Shown in pieces: positions 32,892-42,056 of a DNA stretch of 64,000 nucleotides. Source of the DNA: a virus (lineage: Duplodnaviria; Heunggongvirae; Uroviricota; Caudoviricetes); the IMG/VR virus record IMGVR_UViG_3300042875_000419, one strand, 5' to 3'. The stretch's first letter is position 1. Every line of letters begins with the position of its first letter. The position numbers and the translations under genes were made by a program. The notes beneath the pieces were generated by a model. It worked only from the letters and a program-made list of their open reading frames with translations, ran no database searches and was not told the origin of the DNA.

Positions 32892-33767
32892 TTATTCTTC
32901 GGCTAGCTTAGAGAAATAAGCCAAATCATCATCATCTTCGGCAATACCGGCATCCGCCATCACTGGCTTACGTGGCATTGCTTTAGCTTGTTCAACTGTA
33001 GTCTTAGCAACTACTGGTGAACCATCAAGGCCGAGAACCTTGTCTAGGCGAGCCTTCAACTCATCATAAGACTTAAAGTTTTCTGGCAACAGAAACTCTT
33101 TGAGTGAGTATTCTTTCTTCCAGATAGCTTCTAGCTTTGCATCGTCATTCAACAATGCAGATGGTGACTCAAATTCAGACTTATCATAGTTCTGATAACC
33201 CTCAACTTTACGAATCTTGAGTTTGAAGTTTGCACCTTCCCACATATCAAATGGGTTGAGTGGCTTTTCATCTTCGAAAGCAGGATTCATCGCTTCGTTA
33301 ATCTTATCAAAGATTTTCTTACCAAACTTGTACAGAAACACTTTACCTTGATTCTGAGGATTCTTAGAATCTTCAACAACGTAGATATTTGCAATGTAAG
33401 ACAGACGGCGCTTTTGTTTACGTGCAACTTCCTTGTTTGCTTCGATGCCAGAGTTCCACAACTGAGAGTTGTATTCAGAAACTGGATCTTTTTGATTCAA
33501 GGTTGTAAGAGAGTTTTCAATGTACCAGCCACCAGGACCCTGGAAACCGTGATTGAATACTTTTACCCACGGGAGTGCATCATCACCATCAACCGATGGC
33601 TGAGGCAAGAAACGAATAACTGCATAACCATTGCCGACTTTATCGACTTCTGGTTTCCAGAAATTGTCATCTTTGGTGGGAGTTTCGGCTGAATTGAGTT
33701 TTTCAATAGCCTTGGCGAGTTTGTCTAGGTTACTAGAACTGCTCTTGAGATTTGCGAATGAAGACAT
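32892..33767 (-). CDS. gp32: Single-stranded DNA-binding protein gp32. Start taken at internal Met 33767 with RBS AAGGAAAATACT.
   Basis: GNGYAVIRFLPQ...NHGFQGPGGWYIEN matches T4 gp32 GNGQAVIRFLPSK...NHGFKKNGKWYIET. Acidic C-terminal tail (EDDDDLAYF). Confidence 0.85.
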   Translation of the reverse strand: MSSFANLKSSSSNLDKLAKAIEKLNSAETPTKDDNFWKPEVDKVGNGYAVIRFLPQPSVDGDDALPWVKVFNHGFQGPGGWYIENSLTTLNQKDPVSEYNSQLWNSGIEANKEVARKQKRRLSYIANIYVVEDSKNPQNQGKVFLYKFGKKIFDKINEAMNPAFEDEKPLNPFDMWEGANFKLKIRKVEGYQNYDKSEFESPSALLNDDAKLEAIWKKEYSLKEFLLPENFKSYDELKARLDKVLGLDGSPVVAKTTVEQAKAMPRKPVMADAGIAEDDDDLAYFSKLAEE

Positions 33768-33849
33768 AGTATTTTCCTTGTATGACGTTGTATTAAATGT
33801 ATTTCGAATTATCCACATATTTCATAATGTATGAATTATATAGGCACAC

Positions 33850-34329
33850 TCAAAGATACATCTTGAGGATTGCGATGGTAGATTTGGCATCTGTGTGAAG
33901 AATACCAATACCGCCGGCTTTGTTCCAATCATCAATAACAGATTGAGTGTCATCGATGATTATGGAATTGGGTGTGGCGTACTTGTATTTCAGTGATTTA
34001 CCTGGAACAAGGTTTGCCTTATAGTGAATGTTGTGCTTGAGCAACCACATTTGTTTTTGTGGTGCAATCATTCCGTGATTTTCAGGTCGTGCAGTTGACG
34101 AAAGAATTTCTTTGTGTACATCCAACTCATGCAAAAACTGCAACAGTTCTTCCGCATCTGACATCAAATCAAGTGTGCTGAATTCTGCATCATCAATGAA
34201 CTTTTTAAAGTAACCATTGAATTCTTTATTGCTCCGTGTTTCCTCTGGTGTTACACGGAACTTTTCCTTGTAACGTTTCGAGAAATCGGCAATGACGCCA
34301 TCCATATCAATGTATATTGTATCAATCAT
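33850..34329 (-). CDS. HAD-family 5'(3')-deoxyribonucleotidase (159 aa).
   Basis: N-terminal IYIDMDGVIADF motif, characteristic of the 5'(3')-deoxyribonucleotidase HAD subfamily. Confidence 0.65.
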   Translation of the reverse strand: MIDTIYIDMDGVIADFSKRYKEKFRVTPEETRSNKEFNGYFKKFIDDAEFSTLDLMSDAEELLQFLHELDVHKEILSSTARPENHGMIAPQKQMWLLKHNIHYKANLVPGKSLKYKYATPNSIIIDDTQSVIDDWNKAGGIGILHTDAKSTIAILKMYL

Positions 34330-34934
34330 GTTGTGATCAGATTTAAGTTTTTCTTGAGTGTATCAAGCATTTTAGGCTTATCAAAATTTAGAAATGGTTT
34401 ATACTTCTCACAACTCTTTACGAATTCTGGAAAGATAATGTCATCTTCAATTTTTTTCACCCACATCGGCAAAAAGTTTAACAACTCATTTAAGATAATT
34501 AAAGTCTCTTTAGTGGTGTTTCCTTGCATATAAAGATTATACAACAAGGGGTACTGCCCGTCAACCACTTTCAGTAATTCTTCCGGATTATTTACCGAAT
34601 CAAACAGCCTGTGGAGGTCCTGTTCGAACACATAGGAAAGAGATTGTTGAGTTTTTTGCCACACCTTGTACTCAGATTCGGCATCCTCGGACAGGAGGTC
34701 ACCCACCCATATCTTCGGATTCACTAGCATATTGGAGACAAAGAAACCAAAGAGTTCATCACGCTTGTATTTTCGGGATAGTTTATAGAATTGAAACTTA
34801 TCCTTACGGAGCATGAATTGTTCTTTGGTTACATTTGTCTTACCAGAATACTTCACATAATCATATTTTGAAGTGAAATGTAGTTTCAATGCATGAAACA
34901 ACGCATATGCTTCAAACCCACCGGCTTCATTCAT
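34326..34934 (-). CDS. gp59: DNA helicase loader gp59 (202 aa).
   Basis: LKLHFTSKYDYVKY ... RKDKFQFYKLSRKYKRDEL matches T4 gp59 LMIKQHMNGKYDVIKYN ... RRDKYFFQKLSEKYKLKEL. Adjacent to gp32 as in T4. Confidence 0.75.
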   Translation of the reverse strand: MNEAGGFEAYALFHALKLHFTSKYDYVKYSGKTNVTKEQFMLRKDKFQFYKLSRKYKRDELFGFFVSNMLVNPKIWVGDLLSEDAESEYKVWQKTQQSLSYVFEQDLHRLFDSVNNPEELLKVVDGQYPLLYNLYMQGNTTKETLIILNELLNFLPMWVKKIEDDIIFPEFVKSCEKYKPFLNFDKPKMLDTLKKNLNLITT

Positions 34935-35182
34935 ATGAACAACTTATTCACTTTCTTAATCATATTTGCGGCTTGTGCTTCATCAGAAATTTTAGATTTC
35001 AGCGGTGTAGTAAGGAGTGTTGCCGCAATCTCCACTTCAAATCCGGTCTCCTGACAATGAAGTAGTACCGCATCCATATAGCCAATTCTCTTAATCTTTA
35101 CGATTTCTTCGATGATGGCCGAGAAATTCCGTTGCTCCTCTTTCGTAGCCATTATTTTTTGCCCATTGAATACGCAATACAA
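34931..35182 (-). CDS. Hypothetical small protein (83 aa).
   Basis: ORF with overlapping junctions in the minus operon. Confidence 0.35.
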   Translation of the reverse strand: MYCVFNGQKIMATKEEQRNFSAIIEEIVKIKRIGYMDAVLLHCQETGFEVEIAATLLTTPLKSKISDEAQAANMIKKVNKLFI

Positions 35183-35433
35183 ACTGCATTTGTATTTGTT
35201 TCATATGCACATTTCACTGAAATCGGATCAATTCCTTTTTGAATAGCCGATTCAATGTTCTTTGCCATGTTGTTTCGATCATTGATATTGTAAATTGTAA
35301 AAGCGGCAATAGAAGAACATATCGCTACTGTGATACAAATGATTACTGTGATAACTTCTTTATTCATCTTAGATGATTCCTTTGTTTCTGTCAATTTTGT
35401 CTTTGTTGCTTCTGTAAAAGATGTGTCTTCCAA
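35152..35433 (-). CDS. Small membrane-anchored protein. Likely start is the internal Met at ~35367, giving 72 aa.
   Basis: Hydrophobic segment VITVIICITVAICSSIAAFTIY after MNKE. The longer ORF would overlap the hydrolase gene. Confidence 0.35.
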   Translation of the reverse strand: MEDTSFTEATKTKLTETKESSKMNKEVITVIICITVAICSSIAAFTIYNINDRNNMAKNIESAIQKGIDPISVKCAYETNTNAVCIAYSMGKK

Positions 35434-35923
35434 TTTGCTCTATCCTTTTTAAATTCCATTGAGGATTCACGTAGTCTGCATGGTAATATGTTGCACCATT
35501 TGTAACGTCTTCATAACGTTCAAAATTGACAACCATATTGACAGCTAACTGTTGAATCTCATTATACAATGAAGTGCTTCTAATTGTCAAGCGATTATTG
35601 GTATGTTTGCTTTCACAATACCAAGAGAACTGACAAACACTACCGGTTTTTTGATAAACTACTCCGCAAATATCATCAGCATAGTTGCCAGACATGACTC
35701 TATTGAAGGTGACAAAAGCAACAGCTTTCTTACCTTTGAGAGGTTCATGTGCGGCTTCGAAATAAATATTGTCGGCAAGGCATGTTATTTGTTTTTGTGT
35801 TTCTCTGTCTAGAGAACTAAAACTGGCCTTGAATGGTAAATTGTATAAGTTTATATTTACCATTGACAACGTTATAATGACTGCGGAAAATAGTATGCTT
35901 AAAAGTATTGGTTTACTTTGCAT
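35369..35923 (-). CDS. SleB-like cell-wall hydrolase (Hydrolase_2 family) with N-terminal signal/TM segment. Candidate peptidoglycan-degrading lysis or entry enzyme.
   Basis: Motifs CLADNIYFEA, AVAFVTFNRV, ICGVVYQ...QFSW and ATYYHADYVNPQW are typical of the SleB/CwlJ hydrolase domain. Hydrophobic N-terminus. Confidence 0.6.
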   Translation of the reverse strand: MQSKPILLSILFSAVIITLSMVNINLYNLPFKASFSSLDRETQKQITCLADNIYFEAAHEPLKGKKAVAFVTFNRVMSGNYADDICGVVYQKTGSVCQFSWYCESKHTNNRLTIRSTSLYNEIQQLAVNMVVNFERYEDVTNGATYYHADYVNPQWNLKRIEQIGRHIFYRSNKDKIDRNKGII

Positions 35924-35953
35924 TATTTCCTTTCGTTGTGGTGGTTGGTTATT

Positions 35954-35983
35954 CTGTTACGAGGAAACCAACCGAAACCCTGC
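35954..35983. repeat. Left copy of a ~30-bp imperfect direct repeat (TTCTGTTACGAGGA...AAACCCT) flanking the GIY-YIG gene.
   Basis: Compare with 36430-36461. Confidence 0.55.
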
Positions 35984-36013
35984 AAATGCGTTCTTGAAAG
36001 TTCGCATTTGCTA
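35984..36013. other. Strong hairpin, 9-bp stem gcaaatgcg/cgcatttgc with a 12-nt loop, immediately upstream of the GIY-YIG gene.
   Basis: Inverted repeat seen in the sequence. Followed by GGAGG-ATG of the endonuclease gene. Confidence 0.6.
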
Positions 36014-36039
36014 AATACATTATATCTTGGAGGATTATA

Positions 36040-36429
36040 ATGCAATACTTTTTATACGTCTGGTTCGACAAAAGCCGAAAAATGTTCTATGTTGGTGTGC
36101 ATGAGGGTGACATAGCAGATAGTTATGTGTCTTCATCACGCTGGTTTAACGGAGAACATCAATATAGACCCAACGACTTCAAACGTAAAATAATCAAAAC
36201 CTTTAATGATAGGAAGTCTGCTATAAAAGAGGAAGCTAGATTTCTTCGCATGATTAAAGAATCTGAATTCGGTAAAAAATACTACAATCTAAAAAATGGT
36301 CGTCCTTCCGGTTCATCACCTTGGAATAAGGGCAAAAAGAACATTTACTCAAAAGAAACTTTGCAGAAAATGTCCAAGGCCAAAGTGGGTAAATCATCAA
36401 ACAATCAATATACCAAAAAGACAGTTTAA
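36040..36429 (+). CDS. GIY-YIG homing endonuclease (Seg-like, 129 aa) with a NUMOD3-like C-terminal motif.
   Basis: N-terminal YVWFDKSRKMFYVGVH (GIY-YIG). C-terminal PWNKGKKNIYSKETLQKMSKAKVGK (NUMOD3-like). Opposite strand to its neighbours. Strong GGAGG RBS. Confidence 0.7.
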   Translation: MQYFLYVWFDKSRKMFYVGVHEGDIADSYVSSSRWFNGEHQYRPNDFKRKIIKTFNDRKSAIKEEARFLRMIKESEFGKKYYNLKNGRPSGSSPWNKGKKNIYSKETLQKMSKAKVGKSSNNQYTKKTV

Positions 36430-36461
36430 TTCTGTTACGAGGATAAACTGTCAAAAACCCT
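36430..36461. repeat. Right copy of the direct repeat flanking the GIY-YIG gene.
   Basis: TTCTGTTACGAGGATAAACTGTCAAAAACCCTA versus left copy TTCTGTTACGAGGAAACCAACCGAAACCCTG. Confidence 0.55.
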
Positions 36462-36588
36462 AGATGGCTATCAAGCAGCCATCAAAAAGCGACTTTCGTT
36501 TGCTTTTACTTTGATTTAGTTTTTACACCTACTCTGGTGAGTTGTCCACTTCTGTACTCTTGACCCAATCGATCCTGTGTCAGGCCCA

Positions 36589-36819
36589 TCATAAAGATTT
36601 TATTTTGGAAACGATATCATAAACTTTAGAGTATATTTCGGTTATATCATCTAACTGATTTTCAGTTACTGATTTATTCTGTTCTAGTTGAACTAGATCC
36701 TTGGCCAAGTTTTCTTGTAACTCTTTTAGTTTATCTGTATCATCCACATAAAATCCTTGTGGTGGACCTGGCGGGCACTGCCCCCGCGTCTTGAATCCGT
36801 TTCTAGTTGCTTCATACAA
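36589..36819 (-). CDS. Hypothetical small protein (76 aa).
   Basis: ORF only. Confidence 0.35.
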   Translation of the reverse strand: MYEATRNGFKTRGQCPPGPPQGFYVDDTDKLKELQENLAKDLVQLEQNKSVTENQLDDITEIYSKVYDIVSKIKSL

Positions 36820-36855
36820 CCATAACCTTTATTATAAAGGTTCTTTATTTAGTTG

Positions 36856-37515
36856 TCAAGAGTTTTTATGGTAAAAATCAATATGTTCCACTAATGTTCC
36901 GATGTGGTCATCAGTTTTCTCAATAAAAATGAGTGGACTTTCATTTTCCACAGCCATAACAATCACAATCTGGTCAATGGAGACACCAACATGTTCCTCA
37001 TACATTCCAGAATATGCAGTACATTGTGCAAAATAATCTTGAATGTCTTCCGATTTCTTAATCTTTTTCGATGTTTTAAAGTCAATAACCGATAGAACAC
37101 CATCCCATTCAGCAATCAGGTCAACACGACCAGCCAGACCGATGCGTTCAGACCAGAGTGCTTGTTCTATGTAATGTATATTATTGATTTTTTGTATGTG
37201 TGGAATCAGTGTGCGAAACATCTCCACAGCATCAGGCATTTCACGAACCCAATCAATCTTTTCATTCTTTAGATACCGTTCTGCAAGATCATGCACACGA
37301 TTTCCACGACCGGTGGCAAGTTTTGAAATTCGGTTGGCTTCTACTTCACCAACACGATTCCGCCATTCCATGATGGCTTGCTTTTTCATTGCACCAACAA
37401 CGGTCGTGACCGATGGTAAACGCTTACCGCTCGGAGAGGTGTAATAACGTTTACCGTCAGAGTGTGTTTCCGATTTTAGGTCAGGAAGGACCATTGGTGG
37501 GCAATGTGTAAACAT
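36856..37515 (-). CDS. PD-(D/E)XK family exonuclease (Cas4/RecB-nuclease-like, 219 aa).
   Basis: Motif GRVDLIAEWDGVLSVIDFKTSKK (D...D/E.K) plus C-terminal Cys/Tyr residues. Confidence 0.5.
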   Translation of the reverse strand: MFTHCPPMVLPDLKSETHSDGKRYYTSPSGKRLPSVTTVVGAMKKQAIMEWRNRVGEVEANRISKLATGRGNRVHDLAERYLKNEKIDWVREMPDAVEMFRTLIPHIQKINNIHYIEQALWSERIGLAGRVDLIAEWDGVLSVIDFKTSKKIKKSEDIQDYFAQCTAYSGMYEEHVGVSIDQIVIVMAVENESPLIFIEKTDDHIGTLVEHIDFYHKNS

Positions 37516-37516
37516 A

Positions 37517-37765
37517 TTATTCTAATTCAACCTCAATCTGTTTGAAACGTTTCTCTTGTATCGTTTCTTCTTTCCAAATTTTGCGTGGATTTCCACACAT
37601 GATACAACCAGGTCGACCACAGTCTAATGCATGGTGTTTCGCCAGCTTGTGTGGCTCTTTCACTTCAATACCATGAGACTTTGCAATCTTCACCTGTTTT
37701 TTTATTGCCGTTTCATCAGCATGAATGCGTTTGCTGTGTTTGATTTTATCATGTTCGGTACTCAT
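37517..37765 (-). CDS. Small basic Cys-containing protein (82 aa).
   Basis: ORF with CGRPGCIMCGNP cluster. Start overlaps the PhoH stop. Confidence 0.35.
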   Translation of the reverse strand: MSTEHDKIKHSKRIHADETAIKKQVKIAKSHGIEVKEPHKLAKHHALDCGRPGCIMCGNPRKIWKEETIQEKRFKQIEVELE

Positions 37766-38532
37766 TCTGCATCCTCATATTTAAGTTTGGCAATAATGTA
37801 ATCTTTAACGAGAGAACTACGGACGATATCATCAACAGTAAATTCAATCTTTGTAAATGCTTTCATGTGATATGCAACATCAAAGAATTTGAGAATACCA
37901 GATACATCATTCTTCTTCTTGTTTAAGTCTGTTTGGCGGTAATCACCACACCAAATAATCTTTGAACGGTAACCAACACGTGTCATTACAGTATCAATTT
38001 CCTCGAATGTCATGTTCTGCATTTCATCCACAATAATAATTGCATCATCAAATGACATACCCCGAATGAATGAGGTTGAGATGAATTCTACAAAACCTTG
38101 TTCAGCCAACCTTTGATAACCATCTTTTCTACCAAAAAGTGTATCACAAATTTGAACATATGGTTGTTGATAAATCTCCATTTTCTCCGTTACATCACCT
38201 GGCAAGTGACCGATTTCCCGACCTTGTACGGCAGAACGAACAATGATAACTTTCTTAAATGGATTATTTTTATCGAGAACTTCTTCTAGTGCCTTATACA
38301 ATGCACAGAATGTTTTTCCGGTGCCTGCTACACCATGGAGTGCTAAGAAATAGTCTCCTCTTTTGTATGCATCAAAGAATAACCTTTGATTTTCTGTTAA
38401 TGGCTCAAACGTTTTTAGATGATCTAATTTGATTTTTAGTGTATTGTTTATTGCCGGTTGATGTGTATGTGTATATTCATCCATACTAATAACATCATTT
38501 CTTTTTTGTACCGGAGATTTTCTACTGGCCAT
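37762..38532 (-). CDS. phoH: PhoH-like ATPase (256 aa).
   Basis: Walker A GVAGTGKTFCALYKALEEV and the overall PhoH family pattern. A common T4-like marine phage gene. Confidence 0.85.
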   Translation of the reverse strand: MASRKSPVQKRNDVISMDEYTHTHQPAINNTLKIKLDHLKTFEPLTENQRLFFDAYKRGDYFLALHGVAGTGKTFCALYKALEEVLDKNNPFKKVIIVRSAVQGREIGHLPGDVTEKMEIYQQPYVQICDTLFGRKDGYQRLAEQGFVEFISTSFIRGMSFDDAIIIVDEMQNMTFEEIDTVMTRVGYRSKIIWCGDYRQTDLNKKKNDVSGILKFFDVAYHMKAFTKIEFTVDDIVRSSLVKDYIIAKLKYEDAE

Positions 38533-38555
38533 TAATACCCCTTGTTGTTAGTTGA

Positions 38556-38837
38556 TTACCATTCCCTGCCCATTTTCGTTTTGTGTGATTTTGCTAACGT
38601 GTTTCCTGGGACAGACTCTTTAATACGTTGAATAACCCCTTTCTCGAATGCAGAATCGTAAGACTTGGTTCCTGGAACGCTCATACGAGCCGCATCGGAG
38701 AACCTAGGCAAATCTTCCGAAGCAAAGTAACGCTCCAGATGTGTGTTATCTTCTTTGAATTTATCGTATTCGGATAGTTTAAGAATATGTTCCTCAACTT
38801 CACCTGTGTTTGAGTTTTTGAATGTGTAGGTAGGCAT
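38556..38837 (-). CDS. Hypothetical protein (93 aa).
   Basis: ORF only. Confidence 0.35.
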   Translation of the reverse strand: MPTYTFKNSNTGEVEEHILKLSEYDKFKEDNTHLERYFASEDLPRFSDAARMSVPGTKSYDSAFEKGVIQRIKESVPGNTLAKSHKTKMGREW

Positions 38838-39466
38838 TATAAATTAAATACAATTGAAATACGTGGATCGGTGGATTGATTTGGCATCACTTCATGGTAA
38901 AGCCATGCAGGCCACATCATCAAGAGACCTGGATATGGTTTGTAATCAAAGTGTTTGTATGCGTACCAGTTGGTTGGATCTTTTACATGAAACATGTAAT
39001 CAAAGAAATCTCTGAATGGTTGATTAGGTGAAAACCTAATGTCAGCGGAGCCTGGTGGTGTTTGCAGGTAGAAAATACCTGAGATAGTACATTGTGAGTG
39101 TACATGTTTTGGATGTGCCGAACCTTCTTTGAAATGATTCAAAAAGAAGTATGGATTAAATTTGATTGGACCTGGATCGTAACCTTGTAGTTCCAGAAAG
39201 TTGCGACCCTTACCCATAATGAATTGACAGAATTCGGCATAGTCCGGATGCGTAGGCAAATCTAAGTTCATGTTATGCGTGGTCTTACCATTCGCATAAA
39301 AATCTTGATTCGATGGTTGTGTTTCGAAATAGTTCTTCACTTTAGGTAAAAGAACATCAACCCATTCTGGATGGTCTTCTCGACCAATCGTAGATGGGAA
39401 AAAATTATCAAGTATCATATGGTAAAAATATTTCAAGTTTTTTAAGTTTGGCCTGAATGGCGACAT
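38837..39466 (-). CDS. 2OG-Fe(II) oxygenase family protein (209 aa).
   Basis: HxD...H-type residues (HVHSQ ... later His) and the size and position typical of the cyanophage 2OG-Fe(II) oxygenase gene next to MazG and PhoH. Motif assignment is approximate. Confidence 0.45.
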   Translation of the reverse strand: MSPFRPNLKNLKYFYHMILDNFFPSTIGREDHPEWVDVLLPKVKNYFETQPSNQDFYANGKTTHNMNLDLPTHPDYAEFCQFIMGKGRNFLELQGYDPGPIKFNPYFFLNHFKEGSAHPKHVHSQCTISGIFYLQTPPGSADIRFSPNQPFRDFFDYMFHVKDPTNWYAYKHFDYKPYPGLLMMWPAWLYHEVMPNQSTDPRISIVFNL

Positions 39467-39725
39467 TTAAATCGTTCTCAGTGATATTTATATCGGTTTC
39501 TTCCATCAATACTTTGATAATTGCTAAAACATCACCAATCTCTGTAACAAGTGACTGTCTATTTGTGACGCCTTGCCATTCACCGTGCATACCAAAACGA
39601 TTGATTTTAGATACAGCTTGAATCACTTCTGCACATTCTTCCTGAAGTACGGCCATCACCGTTTGTGTATTTCTCATTGTTGATACCATGTTGGAGTTGG
39701 GCGTGAATTGATTTTGCCTTGCCAT
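39408..39725 (-). CDS. mazG: MazG-like nucleotide pyrophosphohydrolase (105 aa).
   Basis: EECAEVIQAV ... EIGDVLAIIKVL matches the MazG EExxE...E.GD motif pattern. Confidence 0.65.
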   Translation of the reverse strand: MARQNQFTPNSNMVSTMRNTQTVMAVLQEECAEVIQAVSKINRFGMHGEWQGVTNRQSLVTEIGDVLAIIKVLMEETDINITENDLNVAIQAKLKKLEIFLPYDT

Positions 39726-40219
39726 GTTGCAAAGCCACGCTTCGAAATATTGTAGTAGTTGTGATAAGACGCCAAGGAATTACCTGGAATTTTTATATCA
39801 TTTGGCATCGCTGGTGTCGGTTCAGTGAAGTCACCGATTGCAATTTTGGTTGGAGGAAAACGGAGGGCATCTTTGAGCCTTGCACATGCATGAATTTTAC
39901 CGTAACGAAACGTGTATTCTTCTAGCAAGTGTAGCCACATGCGGTAGAGCCACATATAGTTTGCAAGATTTTCACGGCACCAGATAGCAGAAGGATGATT
40001 GATGTGTGAGGCTTTCATCAACTGTTGCTCACGTTCATCATCAAGGCGCCAGCGTTTGATTTTACGGCCAGATGATGCATCGATGTATTCTTCACCGTCA
40101 AGTACACGGTGTGCAGTAGACATAAGTTGTGCATACTCAATAATCATTTTTACAACATGTTTTGAGATATGCATCTCAGCACAAGTTTTTGGATGTGGGT
40201 CAAGATAAAAGATGTTCAT
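39674..40219 (-). CDS. Pyrimidine-dimer DNA glycosylase-like protein (T4 DenV/endonuclease V-like, 181 aa).
   Basis: C-terminal KINSRPTPTWYQQ resembles the T4 DenV C-terminus (KIAQRPTWYKYYG). Otherwise weak. Confidence 0.35.
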   Translation of the reverse strand: MNIFYLDPHPKTCAEMHISKHVVKMIIEYAQLMSTAHRVLDGEEYIDASSGRKIKRWRLDDEREQQLMKASHINHPSAIWCRENLANYMWLYRMWLHLLEEYTFRYGKIHACARLKDALRFPPTKIAIGDFTEPTPAMPNDIKIPGNSLASYHNYYNISKRGFATWQGKINSRPTPTWYQQ

Positions 40220-40223
40220 GTTT

Positions 40224-40406
40224 TCACCAATGGCGGATTACGCCTGCAATAATAAAAAAATTTGTGATGATATACAATAATACAATAAGAGTGCGTATGA
40301 TGGCAACCTTATCGGCTTTGTGGTCATTGGGATGTGCTTTTTCACCTAACGCTTTTGCCCATAGGCTCCACCAATATTTCAGATATTGATTAAGTTTGTA
40401 CTTCAT
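40224..40406 (-). CDS. Small membrane protein (60 aa).
   Basis: C-terminal hydrophobic helix IIRTLIVLLYIITNFFIIAGVI. Confidence 0.35.
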   Translation of the reverse strand: MKYKLNQYLKYWWSLWAKALGEKAHPNDHKADKVAIIRTLIVLLYIITNFFIIAGVIRHW

Positions 40407-40417
40407 CTACATATAAC

Positions 40418-40705
40418 TCACATAATCATTCTTATCAAACCAACTGAATCAATTGTTACAAGTAACATGTAGTTAGCAAGCATCCCAAAAGATTTCCTAG
40501 TATAAGCAGCCCAAGCATACAGAGAACAACCAATAATCCAGATAGGGTATAACGCCAAAAGTGGTGGGTTAGGCACAGTAAGAGCCATGGTGATCGAACA
40601 GCCAATAGAAATAGCCCAAGCAAGCAACTCAATAGCAAACCGAATAGGATGAGTACGATAATCATCTTTGATCCATCCAAATATACCTAAAAATAAATTA
40701 TTCAT
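40418..40705 (-). CDS. Multi-pass membrane protein (95 aa).
   Basis: Three hydrophobic segments. Confidence 0.4.
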   Translation of the reverse strand: MNNLFLGIFGWIKDDYRTHPIRFAIELLAWAISIGCSITMALTVPNPPLLALYPIWIIGCSLYAWAAYTRKSFGMLANYMLLVTIDSVGLIRMIM

Positions 40706-40710
40706 TTATT

Positions 40711-41019
40711 TTATAATTTTGGAATATCAAACTCAACACCCTTGCCTTCCTCTTGTGCTTTGATGTTTGACATATTAGGCTTTGCTTTGGGAAAACGTTT
40801 CGCAATATCATCAGCAGAAACTGTTTGCATTGCAAATTGCATGAATGCTTTATAGTCATCAGATACCGTCATGGTACGTGGACCGCCAGCTTCAATTGCG
40901 GAGAAATAAAGAACACAACCACCAGCAACAAGTGGAGCAATCTCAATGATATTGTCAAGATTGACAATGAGTTTGCAGTTTTTAGGTGCAATCGAATTAA
41001 CTTCAACGAATGTAGACAT
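40711..41019 (-). CDS. Hypothetical protein (102 aa).
   Basis: ORF only. Confidence 0.4.
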   Translation of the reverse strand: MSTFVEVNSIAPKNCKLIVNLDNIIEIAPLVAGGCVLYFSAIEAGGPRTMTVSDDYKAFMQFAMQTVSADDIAKRFPKAKPNMSNIKAQEEGKGVEFDIPKL

Positions 41020-41060
41020 AATAACCTCTCAATAAAAAAAATAAAACCCAACTGACATTA

Positions 41061-41111
41061 TAAAACAAAAAACGCCGAATGTCAAGGCATAAAGCCTCTT
41101 TTTTCGGCGTT
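41061..41111 (-). terminator. Rho-independent terminator. 9-bp stem aacgccgaa/ttcggcgtt with an inner hairpin, followed by a T-run on the minus strand.
   Basis: aaaacaaaaaacgccgaatgtcaaggcataaagcctcttttttcggcgtt. Confidence 0.65.
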
Positions 41112-41197
41112 CTTCGATTTCTTGATATATCTTTACCTGTTCCAGGAATAACTCAAAATTGTCCATAATAAAACCAGAATTGTTTCAGATGATTTAT

Positions 41198-41358
41198 TTA
41201 GGTGTCACGGCATCAATCTGATTCTTTAAAATTTCAACTGTTGCGGATAATTCTTCGTTCACACGAATACCACTAACATTCAATTCTTGAATTCTTTTTT
41301 CCAATGCTTGCATTTCAGCAATCATCTTATCAAATTCTTGTTCAATTTTTTCTTGCAT
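41198..41358 (-). CDS. Small coiled-coil protein (~53 aa), not in the ORF track.
   Basis: Hand translation MQEKIEQEFDKMIAEMQALEKRIQELNVSGIRVNEELSATVEILKNQIDAVTPK. Confidence 0.3.
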
Positions 41359-41462
41359 TTTAGTACATTCCTGTATTCTTTGGATTCTTACGAAATTCAG
41401 TTAGAAAATCGCAAATCATTTCCAATGTTTGTTTAATTAAAGACATGTTTGTCTCCAATTAT

Positions 41463-41681
41463 TTAGACAGCTTTAGCCGCTTTTTGAACAGCATTTGTAG
41501 CTTCGTCTGTTATATGTTTCGAAACTTCAGTAAATGATTTGAAGATTTGTTTTGTGAATGCAGTTTGTGCATCAACAAATGCATTTAATGGCTTGCGAAT
41601 CTTTTCATCAGTAATGAAAGCGGATACAAAATACTTTTTAGAACCTTGGACGGTATCGATGAATGTGTCTGTTGCGAACAT
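41463..41681 (-). CDS. Hypothetical protein (72 aa).
   Basis: ORF only. Confidence 0.35.
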   Translation of the reverse strand: MFATDTFIDTVQGSKKYFVSAFITDEKIRKPLNAFVDAQTAFTKQIFKSFTEVSKHITDEATNAVQKAAKAV

Positions 41682-41798
41682 TTTTTTCTCCTAAATTTAG
41701 CGAGGGTTAATAAAAATAGTAATCTACATTAGCGTTACTACTTAGATTATATAGGAGTTTTTGTTGCAGTGCAACATGGATTCCATAGAATGCCATGT

Positions 41799-42056
41799 CT
41801 AAAGTTTTTCAATGTAGTTGTATTGAAGGTGCCGTTTAGCCTCATGTACCGAATGGGTTTTGTGGCCATTGATATAGATGACCTTCGGTGAATACACCAA
41901 AATCTCACCTTCAATCATTTTCAGGCGATAAAAGGTTTTACCTTTTGAATCAACTTCTTTGGTTCGGATATCACGGAAATTTTCAGCGAGACCGGACCAC
42001 ATGATAGTTTCACGAATCTCATCTGAGATTAACATACGAAAATAATTTGCGTTCAT
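41799..42056 (-). CDS. Hypothetical protein (85 aa).
   Basis: ORF only. Confidence 0.35.
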   Translation of the reverse strand: MNANYFRMLISDEIRETIMWSGLAENFRDIRTKEVDSKGKTFYRLKMIEGEILVYSPKVIYINGHKTHSVHEAKRHLQYNYIEKL

